Positions 23,732-32,036 are shown, counted from the first letter of the stretch. The stretch: 34,726 nucleotides of DNA from an uncultured Candidatus Saccharibacteria bacterium (GCA_964444515.1 CAYUGY010000001.1:16945-51670), one strand, 5' to 3'. A program made the numbers and translations. Notes: generated by a model from the letters alone, not told the origin.

Positions 23732-23754
23732 CGATTCCCTGTAGAGTCACAATA
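23732..23754 (+). repeat. 23-bp perfect direct copy of the tRNA-Glu 3' end (partner 23567-23589)
   Basis: cgattccctgtagagtcacaata occurs twice, 165 bp apart. Similarity continues with one indel into the following A-run and terminator start. Confidence 0.9.
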
Positions 23755-23755
23755 A

Positions 23756-23783
23756 AAAAGACCCTTTATTTGGAGGGTCTTTT
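23756..23783. terminator. Hairpin shared by the tRNA-end copy (+) and the histidine phosphatase gene (-)
   Basis: aaaagaccct ttatttgg agggtctttt is a 10-bp stem. Confidence 0.65.
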
Positions 23784-23784
23784 A

Positions 23785-24354
23785 CTAAAAAGTAAACTTA
23801 TGAACTGATCCGTTGTGTGGTGGTTTTTCCAAAAATTCTTGATTTTTTTCTACTTTATAGAGACAGCGGATGACTCCGGCATGAGTAACGACGATAATCT
23901 TTTTACCATAATATTTATATTTCATATCATCGATAAAGGAATAGAGTCGTTCTTTAACTGACCTAAATGAATCACCATGATATTTAGAAAAATCATAATT
24001 GTCTTGGGACGCATATTCTTTTTCATACTGATTCGAATAGAGCTCAGCTATTTGTGTCCATGTTTTTCCTCCAAAATCACCAAAACTAACTTCCGTAATA
24101 CGCTTGTCTGGTTTTAAAAACACAGGAGTATCTAAACTTTTATGGTACATAATGACGGCTGTTTCTTCTGTTCTTTTACAAGGAGAAGAGATAATTGCAC
24201 AGATACCTCGAGGTATCTTTTTAGCAGCTTCTTTTGCTTGAAGCTTACCTTCATCATTTAATGATTCATCTAAGCCATCAGGCAATAGACCTTTAGTATT
24301 TCTCGAGGTTTCACCGTGTCGAACAAAATAGATTATTACTTCTTTTCTTACCAT
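23785..24354 (-). CDS. Histidine phosphatase family protein (phosphoglycerate mutase-like)
   Basis: From ATG 24354, MVRKEVIIYFVRHGETSRN carries the RHGE motif. The second catalytic His lies in VVTHAGVIR. The longer ORF (to 24462) runs through a GC-rich palindrome and promoter-like sequence. Confidence 0.85.
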   Translation of the reverse strand: MVRKEVIIYFVRHGETSRNTKGLLPDGLDESLNDEGKLQAKEAAKKIPRGICAIISSPCKRTEETAVIMYHKSLDTPVFLKPDKRITEVSFGDFGGKTWTQIAELYSNQYEKEYASQDNYDFSKYHGDSFRSVKERLYSFIDDMKYKYYGKKIIVVTHAGVIRCLYKVEKNQEFLEKPPHNGSVHKFTF

Positions 24355-24401
24355 TTTCTTTTTTATTAATTCCGAATTTATATTACATTTATTATACAGA
24401 A

Positions 24402-24432
24402 AGTCAACAGAGCGCGACCGAAGGTCGCGCGG
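24402..24432. repeat. GC-rich palindrome with GTCAACAG flank
   Basis: agtcaacagaGCGCGACCgaaGGTCGCGCgg is an 8-bp GC stem (24412-19 / 24423-30) followed by ttttt on the plus strand. It is related to 26704-26738. Confidence 0.7.
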
Positions 24433-24477
24433 TTTTTCTGGTGAAAAATACTTGTGACACATAATTTCTGACTTATA

Positions 24478-24505
24478 TTGACTTATTTTTATAATATGCT
24501 AAAAT
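24478..24505 (+). promoter_or_regulatory. Putative promoter of the GRDP-like gene
   Basis: TTGACT (24478-83), 16-nt spacer, TGcTAAAAT (-10 at 24500-05). Confidence 0.5.
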
Positions 24506-24600
24506 AATAAACGGAAATGTGTAAAACAGGTGGCACAAAACTTTGTTGTAAAAGACGTATACCTCTACACCTGCAATCTAAAAACAAAATAAAAATTCTA

Positions 24601-25434
24601 ATGTACAAAAACAAAAAAGCACTGTGGCTTGCGTTGCGAGCTTATCATTTCAACCACATCGTTGAAACTCATTTATGGGATCGTATTACTGAAAAATTTG
24701 GTGGTACCGATGCCTCGACCAAAGCCTTCGCTGAAAAATTGGCACGGAAACTGGGCTGGACAAAAGATTTCGCACTAAAGTCAGTTGATGAATACAAAAA
24801 ATTCATCTATCTGGCTGTTACGGCAGACTTTTCAGTAACTCCTTCTAAAATCATTGACCAAGTTTGGCACGAGCACTTACTCTTTACCAAAGGTTATCGT
24901 GATTTTTGTAATGAAACCATTGGGTATCAACTTGACCACGCACCGGAATTAATTCCAGTAGACAGTCAGACTGGCACATTCAATGCTCAGTATTTGGCAA
25001 CACTTAAGCTCTATAAAACAGAGTTCAGTATTGATGCCCCGGAAGAGATTTGGGGGACTCCAAAATTTGATATTGAAAAATTATCAGAAGAAGAGTATAA
25101 ACCAAAAAAGAAAAAGAGACGCGAAGATGTAGGAGGTTCGGAAAGTACTGTTTACTCAAATGATGACACACCTCTATTTATGTACTTTGACTCATCTACT
25201 AATCAGGCACACGGTGCTGAATTTGGTGGATTCGGAGGAGGAGGTTTCAGTGGAGGTGGAGCTGATGGAGATTGGTCGGGTGACAATTCCTCCGATAACT
25301 CTTCCGACACTTCGTCAGATAGTAGTAGTGATTCTTCAAGCAGTTCTTCGGACAGCTCATCTAGCTGCAGCTCAAGCTCTTGCAGCTCAAGTAGCTGTGG
25401 TAGTGGAGGTTGCGGTGGTGGTGGAGGTGACTAA
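24601..25434 (+). CDS. GRDP-like (DUF1399-like) protein with extreme Gly/Ser/Asp/Cys-rich C-terminal tail
   Basis: VTPSKIIDQVWHEHLLFTKGYRDFC matches the D.VWH.HLL.T..Y..FC core that I associate with glycine-rich domain-containing (GRDP-like) proteins. The tail is GGFGGGGFSGGGADGDWSGDNSSDNSSDTSSDSSSDSSSSSSDSSSSCSSSSCSSSSCGSGGCGGGGGD. Start ATG 24601 (MYKNKK) is preferred; ATG 24517 is possible. Confidence 0.65.
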   Translation: MYKNKKALWLALRAYHFNHIVETHLWDRITEKFGGTDASTKAFAEKLARKLGWTKDFALKSVDEYKKFIYLAVTADFSVTPSKIIDQVWHEHLLFTKGYRDFCNETIGYQLDHAPELIPVDSQTGTFNAQYLATLKLYKTEFSIDAPEEIWGTPKFDIEKLSEEEYKPKKKKRREDVGGSESTVYSNDDTPLFMYFDSSTNQAHGAEFGGFGGGGFSGGGADGDWSGDNSSDNSSDTSSDSSSDSSSSSSDSSSSCSSSSCSSSSCGSGGCGGGGGD

Positions 25435-25486
25435 AAATTCACTCATTAGACAAAAAGAAAGCAGATCAATTGATCTGCTTTTTATT

Positions 25487-26653
25487 TTATTCTATTTTTT
25501 TCAAAAATTCCTGAACTGCTATTTCCGACATACTCAAAGTGAGATGGATATCTAAATGTTCTTTGATTTCTTCGGCAATCTTATTATCAAAAATACGAAG
25601 TACCAAACGAATATCAGGATTAAATGATCTGGCATTGAGACCTATTTCAAGATTTTTTGCGTCATCACTAATCACTGATATAACAGCTTTTGCTTTCAGC
25701 ACTCCAGCATCTTGTAATACTTTTGGAATTCGGGCATCTGCAACAAAAAAATATCCTCCGCGATGTCTAAAATAATCAATGTAAGGAGAATTATTATTAT
25801 TTTCCACAATAATAACTTTCTCGCCTTGAGAAACAAGTTTGTCGGCAATAAAATAACCAACCCTTCCAAGTCCACATAAAATGATATGGTCTTTGAGTCG
25901 ATATTTCCTTCTTCCAAGAGACATTTCAACTCTTTGCTTAAGTAATTGATCAATAATAAGTGAGAACGTCACCCAAATAAAAATCATTGAACCGAGCATT
26001 AGAAATATTCCAAATACTTTACTTAAATCACTTGATGAAAGTAAGTTAATGTCTCCGTAACCAACTGTGCAAATTGTTACCACTACAAAATAAAATGAAT
26101 CAAGCCATGATAAGTGATTTTCAAAATGAAAGAATATAGCACTACCAATAATCATTAGAATAAACCCTACTGTCAATTTGATTAATAATTTATCAAACGA
26201 ACGTATGTGAATTGTATTCTCGGGCCTTGGTGGCACATATCTCAAATCATGTTTTACTGACACATGCACAGCCCTAACAAAATCTTCCGCAGCAATCTTG
26301 GCTGGATTTAATACAGTAATATTACTATATGCAGCACGAAGATGTGGAGATACATTTTCATTGAATAAAGAGACTGTGATGGGAATATTTTTCTCTTTTG
26401 AAATAACTGCTAATAAAAATTCCAAATTATGGTTATCTGAATCATCAACAATATATATCATCTTTGAATCAGAAAAATCCACATCATCAAGCAAGATCTG
26501 AACATCAGAAAAAGCACTTTCACTTTCCTTTTTACCTTCTAAAATGGAATGGTGAATATGCGACACTTCATAATCCTTCTCTTCGAGAAGAATTTTGAGT
26601 CTTATGGAAATATGACCAGACCCAAAGACTATTATTTTTTGTTTTTTTACCAT
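25487..26653 (-). CDS. Potassium channel with RCK/TrkA-N domains
   Basis: CTVGYGD is the K+ selectivity filter between two TM helices. ILCGLGRVGYFIADKL is a Rossmann-like RCK domain C-terminal to the pore. A second Rossmann-like segment lies at the N-terminus (IVFGSGHIS). Confidence 0.85.
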   Translation of the reverse strand: MVKKQKIIVFGSGHISIRLKILLEEKDYEVSHIHHSILEGKKESESAFSDVQILLDDVDFSDSKMIYIVDDSDNHNLEFLLAVISKEKNIPITVSLFNENVSPHLRAAYSNITVLNPAKIAAEDFVRAVHVSVKHDLRYVPPRPENTIHIRSFDKLLIKLTVGFILMIIGSAIFFHFENHLSWLDSFYFVVVTICTVGYGDINLLSSSDLSKVFGIFLMLGSMIFIWVTFSLIIDQLLKQRVEMSLGRRKYRLKDHIILCGLGRVGYFIADKLVSQGEKVIIVENNNNSPYIDYFRHRGGYFFVADARIPKVLQDAGVLKAKAVISVISDDAKNLEIGLNARSFNPDIRLVLRIFDNKIAEEIKEHLDIHLTLSMSEIAVQEFLKKIE

Positions 26654-26703
26654 ACTTTAAAGGTATTATTCTCCTCAAAAACAATACTATTTATATAATA
26701 AAT

Positions 26704-26738
26704 AGTCAATAGAGCGCGACCTCCGGTCGCGCTCTATT
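26704..26738. repeat. GC-rich palindrome with GTCAATAG flank (likely ftsI terminator)
   Basis: agtcAATAGAGCGCGACCtccGGTCGCGCTCTATT is a 14-bp perfect stem whose core GCGCGACC/GGTCGCGC is identical to 24412-24430. Confidence 0.7.
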
Positions 26739-26772
26739 CTTATCTTTGTTATTTGCTTATACTTACACTTTT

Positions 26773-28506
26773 TTATCGATCCGGTGGAACTTGATAATAA
26801 TTGATCAAATATTTTGAAATGTCAGCAAATTGTGGGAGCAATGTTTGCGATGCATATTGCGCACCTTTTGGATCACGAATATACATATAGATATAGACAA
26901 TAAATCGAGGCTTACTTGCGGGAAAATAACCGAAGAATGAGTGCATGTGTTTATCGTCATAATATCCACCACCATTTGGCAAAGCGATTTGAGCAGTACC
27001 GGTCTTACCAGCAATACTGTAGTGCGGCAAACTATATTTCCCTTCCAGATATGCTTTGTCGATAATGTGCACCAACATCTCAGTAATCTTCGGAGTTGTT
27101 TCTGGTTTCAACGTATTTCGAGTAGTAGGATATTCCAACACTTTCGAACCAGTATCACTGTATAAAATTTCTTTGGCAATATGCGGGGTCACCAACACAC
27201 CACCGTTAGCAATCGAAGCAAACGCACGAATCGCACCAACCGGTGTCAACGCAATACCTTGACCGAACGATGCATTAGCCAATTCAACGTCATTATTTTT
27301 CTTCAAATTACTGACAAGTCCACCGATTTCAGATGGCAAATCAATACCAGTCTTTTCACCGATTTTGTAACCCAACATATAATCGCGCATTTTTTCTTTA
27401 CCTAGTTGTTGCTCAGCAAAAACCATTCCAGTGTTGAGTGATTGATCAAGCACCATTTGCATTGTTGTCTTTCCTCGCCCTTTTTTGTCGAAGTTGTTAA
27501 TGGTTCTATCTTTGACCTGCACAAAACCTTTGTCCAAGTATGTTGTATCTTTGGTAAGCACACCAGCATCAAGTGCTGCTGCCATCACCAATGGTTTGAT
27601 AACTGACCCCATTTCATAGACTTTTTCAGTCATTGGATTAGTAAAGTTTCCGACAGCAGAATTACTATATTGATTTGGATTAAATGACGGCAGTGAACCG
27701 ATGGCAACAATCTCACCATTGTTTGGATCCATCACAATAATACCAGTTGATTCTGGTTGCCATTTGGTATTCAAATCAATAAGCATTTTTTCGACATACA
27801 ATTGCACTTGTGGTTCGATGGTTGTAATAATATCTCCTTCGCGATTCGTATTCTTGAAAAAAGTTTTACTAATATTGGTAAAAATTTCAGCAAATGGATT
27901 AGTATACGCATCGTCCTTACTACGAGCAAGGGTACTGTCATACGAACGTTCTAACCCATATCTACCAGTCAATAAATCTCCATCAAAACCGACGAAGCCG
28001 AGTGTTTGAGCAGACATACTACCTCCTGGATAAAAACGCCATTTTTCTTTGTACAAAGAAACACCGGTCAAATGCAATCCTTCGACTTGATCTGCTTGTT
28101 CTTTGGAAATACGGTTGGCGATTTCTTCATATGGATCATTTTTGCGAGCAATACTCTTATCAAATGAGGTTCTATCGAGTGGAACAATCGCATTGATCTT
28201 TTGAAAAATTTCTTCAGGATTTACCACTTTTTTGGGATTGATGGCAATACGAAAACCAGTCATCACGGTTGCAGCAGAAACAGTTGCACCGTCTTTTTTT
28301 GAAAAATAAATCGTACCACGCTCGAATACTGAACCAGCAGGAGTAGAATATTGACGATCAGCTTTGTCACTGTACGTTCTTCCATTAACTACTTGTAAAA
28401 AAAATAAGCGTACCACAATAAGCACACCAGTAAAGATAATCAGTATCGAAATCCATCCGATACGATTGAGTTTTGTATGAGTTTTTTTGAGATTAGTGAT
28501 CTGCAT
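26773..28506 (-). CDS. ftsI: Penicillin-binding protein, FtsI-type transpeptidase
   Basis: N-terminal TM segment and PBP dimerisation region. GSVIKP (SxxK) and KTGTAQ (KTG) are present. Its position after mraZ-rsmH-ftsL supports the call. Confidence 0.88.
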   Translation of the reverse strand: MQITNLKKTHTKLNRIGWISILIIFTGVLIVVRLFFLQVVNGRTYSDKADRQYSTPAGSVFERGTIYFSKKDGATVSAATVMTGFRIAINPKKVVNPEEIFQKINAIVPLDRTSFDKSIARKNDPYEEIANRISKEQADQVEGLHLTGVSLYKEKWRFYPGGSMSAQTLGFVGFDGDLLTGRYGLERSYDSTLARSKDDAYTNPFAEIFTNISKTFFKNTNREGDIITTIEPQVQLYVEKMLIDLNTKWQPESTGIIVMDPNNGEIVAIGSLPSFNPNQYSNSAVGNFTNPMTEKVYEMGSVIKPLVMAAALDAGVLTKDTTYLDKGFVQVKDRTINNFDKKGRGKTTMQMVLDQSLNTGMVFAEQQLGKEKMRDYMLGYKIGEKTGIDLPSEIGGLVSNLKKNNDVELANASFGQGIALTPVGAIRAFASIANGGVLVTPHIAKEILYSDTGSKVLEYPTTRNTLKPETTPKITEMLVHIIDKAYLEGKYSLPHYSIAGKTGTAQIALPNGGGYYDDKHMHSFFGYFPASKPRFIVYIYMYIRDPKGAQYASQTLLPQFADISKYLINYYQVPPDR

Positions 28507-28837
28507 TGGTTCTCATTGAAAGAAAGGCAACTCCTGCATTCTTCGAAGCAAAGACAGGGTTAGCGGAAACAAAACCATGAGCATATGCATACGACGTGTC
28601 GATATTATTTGTCGCTTCTAGGTATTGCAACTCGAGATCACCAACTGCAGTACGAACAATTTTGATTTGATTATCGACAGTCTTTTTAGCTACTACAGAG
28701 AACGTAATAAATCCAATAGCTACACAGTACGTAGCGACGAGTGAGAAAAAAGTATACTTTGTCACATTGAAAACTACCCGCTTGTTTTGCAAAAAGGTGT
28801 CAGTAGCAGAGGCAAATTTTGTGTTGACGTAATTCAT
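28493..28837 (-). CDS. ftsL: FtsL-like cell-division protein (single TM)
   Basis: A 114-aa bitopic protein in the canonical slot between rsmH and ftsI. The assignment rests on position and topology only. Confidence 0.5.
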   Translation of the reverse strand: MNYVNTKFASATDTFLQNKRVVFNVTKYTFFSLVATYCVAIGFITFSVVAKKTVDNQIKIVRTAVGDLELQYLEATNNIDTSYAYAHGFVSANPVFASKNAGVAFLSMRTNADH

Positions 28838-28844
28838 ATATTTT

Positions 28845-29741
28845 TTATAATGATACTTTTTCTATAATTCGTAACTTAGCACTACGAGCTCGAGGATTTT
28901 TGTGTGACTCTTCCTCGGTTGGAACAATTGGTTTTTTGGTTATGGATACTCCCCTTCCTTCAACAACTTTTTCACGAAAGAAATTTTTGATAATACGATC
29001 TTCAAGTGAATGAAAACTAATCACGAGCAATCTGCCTTGTGGAGCCAATAGTTCAAATGCTTTCGCGACCCCTTCTTCGATGTTGCCGAGCTCATCGTTG
29101 ACGGCAATACGAATCCCTTGAAAGGTTCGTGTCGCCGGATGAATTCGTCCACGTCGATAGACAGATGGCACAGCGTTCTCGATGATTTTGACCAAATCAA
29201 AGGTTGTTTTGATTGGAGTAAGCTCACGTGCTTCGCAGATTGCTTTGGCAATTTTTCGAGAATAACGCTCTTCACCAAAACCATAAATGATATCAGCGAG
29301 TGATGTCTCACCCCAATAATTGACGACATCGTATGCGGTGACGGTATTTCCTTCGCCGTCTTTGCCCATCGTCATCAACAGTGGCTCATCTTTGCGAAAA
29401 GAAAATCCTCTGCCTGAATCATCAATCTGTGGAGAAGAAAGACCGAGGTCCATCAAAATCACATTGACAGCAGTAAGACCGAGCTCATTTGTCACAACAT
29501 CAAGATTGCGAAACTCTGACAAAACAAATGATTTTTTGTTTTTGAGTATTTTGCAATTTTGTGTTGCACGTTCGATCGCATCAGCGTCTCGGTCAATACC
29601 GATCAGCTGAATCGACAAACCAAATGTTTCTGCAATTGCCTTGGTGTGTCCTCCACTACCAAGCGTGCAATCAAGAAAAATTTCTTTCTCTTTGAGATTT
29701 GTATTATCAATAACTTCTTGTAAAAGAACGGGAATATGCAT
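28845..29741 (-). CDS. rsmH: 16S rRNA (cytosine1402-N4)-methyltransferase RsmH
   Basis: From ATG 29741, MHIPVLLQEV..DCTLGSGGHT..DLGLSSPQIDD..FHSLEDR are RsmH/MraW motifs. The longer ORF overlaps mraZ. Confidence 0.92.
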   Translation of the reverse strand: MHIPVLLQEVIDNTNLKEKEIFLDCTLGSGGHTKAIAETFGLSIQLIGIDRDADAIERATQNCKILKNKKSFVLSEFRNLDVVTNELGLTAVNVILMDLGLSSPQIDDSGRGFSFRKDEPLLMTMGKDGEGNTVTAYDVVNYWGETSLADIIYGFGEERYSRKIAKAICEARELTPIKTTFDLVKIIENAVPSVYRRGRIHPATRTFQGIRIAVNDELGNIEEGVAKAFELLAPQGRLLVISFHSLEDRIIKNFFREKVVEGRGVSITKKPIVPTEEESHKNPRARSAKLRIIEKVSL

Positions 29742-29743
29742 AA

Positions 29744-30178
29744 CTAGAGAGCACCTACAGCGCCTAATTTTTCTGCCAAAGTATCGGCTTCTTTTTCTAC
29801 TGTTTGCTTGTATGACAACCAAGTACTTTCGTCCCAAATTTCGACACGGTCTTGAACGCCAACAAAGACTGCTTTAGCACTGATACCAGCCTTCTCTCGA
29901 AGCGTATCTGGAATCAATACTCTACCGGAAGCATCAATGTCGACAACTCCTGCCTGTCCAAAAAGGAAGCGATTAAATCCGCGATTGTCAGACTGCAAAA
30001 AGGATAACGAAGAAAGCTTGTTTGAAATTTCTTTCCATGAACTCATGGTGAAAATAAACAAACAATTGTCCAACCCTGGAGTAATTACGATTTGCTTGCC
30101 AAGTTCCTTGCGGAATTTACTCGGCAATGAAACGCGTTTTTTATCATCTAGGGTGTGTGTGTATTCTCCGATCAACAT
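29744..30178 (-). CDS. mraZ: Transcriptional regulator MraZ
   Basis: Two SpoVT/AbrB-like halves are present: DDKKRVSLPSKFR and DASGRVLIPDTLRE. Length 144 aa. Confidence 0.93.
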   Translation of the reverse strand: MLIGEYTHTLDDKKRVSLPSKFRKELGKQIVITPGLDNCLFIFTMSSWKEISNKLSSLSFLQSDNRGFNRFLFGQAGVVDIDASGRVLIPDTLREKAGISAKAVFVGVQDRVEIWDESTWLSYKQTVEKEADTLAEKLGAVGAL

Positions 30179-30200
30179 ATTCTCGTGAAATAAAGTCTAA

Positions 30201-30234
30201 CCCACTTTATCCCACCTGTTCCCATTGTACTCCC
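30201..30234 (-). promoter_or_regulatory. Array of 10-bp-phased GTGGG/ATGGG boxes (putative MraZ operator)
   Basis: The minus strand reads gGGAGtacaaTGGGAacagGTGGGataaaGTGGGtta. On the plus strand the boxes start at 30201, 30211, 30221 and 30231, exactly 10 bp apart and 23-56 nt upstream of the mraZ ATG. Confidence 0.6.
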
Positions 30235-30341
30235 TTTTGTACCAATATGCATATGATTGTTTGTGGAAAAGTCTTGATAAAGTAGACAAGAATATAAAAA
30301 ATGATATGCTAATTGAGGAATAGTTCTAACTGGGAAACACT

Positions 30342-30533
30342 ATGCAACAAATGGTACAACCTCCGCCGATTGATAAAAAAAGGCGTACTCATAAATGGTT
30401 TAATTTTATGTATAAATTTGACTTTAGTTCTGGTTCCTTTTTTAGAACACCTGAACATAAATATCCTGAAAAATTAAAACAAATATTAGCACGAGCCAAG
30501 TCAATCTTTGCACAAAAAAACCAATCTTTGTAA
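30342..30533 (+). CDS. 63-aa basic hypothetical protein
   Basis: ORF track only. It ends inside a terminator hairpin (30514-30546). Confidence 0.3.
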   Translation: MQQMVQPPPIDKKRRTHKWFNFMYKFDFSSGSFFRTPEHKYPEKLKQILARAKSIFAQKNQSL

Positions 30534-30546
30534 GACTGGTTTTTTA
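30514..30546. terminator. Bidirectional terminator (small ORF / lysS)
   Basis: accaatctt tgt aagactggt has one mismatch and is flanked by an A-run and a T-run. Confidence 0.6.
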
Positions 30547-30554
30547 TTTTTTAA

Positions 30555-32035
30555 TTAATCATTTTTTTCGTTTTTCAGTATCGGGAAGAAAATAACATCT
30601 CGGAGATTTTTTTGTTCAGTAAACAATGCAACCAATCGATCGATTCCCATTCCGAATCCGGTCATTGGAGGCATACCGTGTTCCATTGCAGTCAAGAATC
30701 GTTCGTCGATTTCCATCGCTTCATCATCCCCTCCTTCCTTTGCTTTGGTCTGAGCTTCAAGTAATGAACGTTGAATTGTCGGGTCAACAAGTTCGGCGTA
30801 TTGATTGGTGATTTCAGCACCAGCAATAACTAGTTGTGCAACACGAGCTGTTCCATCAGTATTTTGAATCGCCAATGGTTTCAAATCACTTGGATAATCA
30901 AGTATGTTGGCTGAATCAAATTGAGACGAACTGACTTTTTGAAAACGTGATCAAGGAGATTTCCTTTACCTGTTTTTTCTGCTTCAGCTTTATCCATACC
31001 GTATTCAATTGCTTTAGCTTTGATATCTTCAATCGACGCAGTCACTTCGATACCAGCGCTTTGTTTAAGTAATTGGTTGAATGGAATACGTGGCCACGCT
31101 GCAGTGAAATCGATTTCGTGAGCGACATCTTCTTTGTCATAAACAGTGAAGGTTGTTTTGCCGACAACATCAGTTGCGAGTTTCTTCAATAATGTTTCAG
31201 TCCAGTGCATATTTTCTTCGAGTGATGCGTAAGCGGCGTACCATTCAATCATCGTAAACTCTTGTATGTGTGTTGGATCACTTCCTTCATTGCGGAAATT
31301 TTTTCCGATTTCATAGACACGATTAAATCCTGCAGTTGTGAGGATTTTGTGATCAAGTTCAAGTGCAATACGAAGCACCATCGGCATTGCATAATCATTG
31401 TGATAGGTTTCAAAGACTTTTGCCATGGCACCACCAGCTTGGTTTTGCAAAATCGGTGTTTCAATTTCCATAAAATCTTTCTCATCGAAAAATGCACGAA
31501 TAGCAGTGATGATCTTTGAACGAAGTATAAATCGTTCTTTGACTTCTTTGTCCATCAAAATATCCAAATAGCGCTTGCGGTATGATTCTTCAACATCTTT
31601 GATACCGTGATATTTGTCCGGTAATTGACGAAGTGCTTTGGTCAACATTTTCCAATCAGTTACGAGCAAACTTTGTGCCCCGCGTTCTGTGGTAAAGATA
31701 GTTCCCGTCACAGCAACAAAATCTGCACCATCAACCGTGTCGACAAATAAAGACATTTTATCTTCTGCCAGAGTGTCTTTCTTGATGACTGCTTGAAATT
31801 CTCCAGTACCATCATTGAGTGGTACAAACAAAATAGCACCTTGTCCACGGATACCCATCACGCGCCCGACAAGTGTCACAATCTCAGCATTGTTTACTAG
31901 CTCATCAAATTGTTCGAGTACTTGTGCAATTGTATGAGTATACGAAACAGAAGAAGCATATGCTTCCATTCCTGTTTCGTTCAGCTTTTCTATTTTTGAG
32001 AGACGGACGTCTCGTAATTCTTCGATTGATGCCAT
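30555..32035 (-). pseudogene. lysS: Lysine--tRNA ligase (class II) interrupted by a frameshift near 30893-30904
   Basis: ORF 30881..32035 carries the anticodon-binding domain and motifs 1-2 and ends ..LIQPTYLIIQVI* (TGA). ORF 30555..30884, in the -1 frame, continues ..(Y)PSDLKPLAIQ..GMPPMTGFGMGIDRLV (motif 3). Together they make about 493 aa, a normal LysRS length. Confidence 0.85.
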
Positions 32036-32036
32036 A

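Noticed and set aside
23676-23754. The second tRNA-Glu 3' end copy could be part of a second, degenerate tRNA gene.
   Set aside because: The ~50 nt preceding it cannot form an acceptor 5' strand, a D arm, an anticodon arm or the 5' half of the T stem. Only the 23-nt 3' segment is tRNA-derived.
23785-24462. Long N-terminal extensions are offered by the ORF track for this ORF and for 2863..3654, 10286..10837, 12852..13622, 21093..21362 and 28845..29837.
   Set aside because: In each case an internal ATG coincides with the start of the conserved domain. The extension overlaps a tRNA, a palindrome or promoter, a repeat element or the preceding gene, and several extensions begin with TTG.
30881-30884. 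An alternative genetic code (UGA as Gly or Trp, as in some candidate phyla) could explain the lysS break and the dominance of TAA stops.
   Set aside because: Reading through the TGA in frame A gives non-LysRS sequence, whereas the conserved continuation is in the -1 frame. All other conserved genes are intact under code 11 with no in-frame TGA. TGA also appears to act as a stop in the ATGA overlap of the mreD-like ORF with mrdA (34306-34309).
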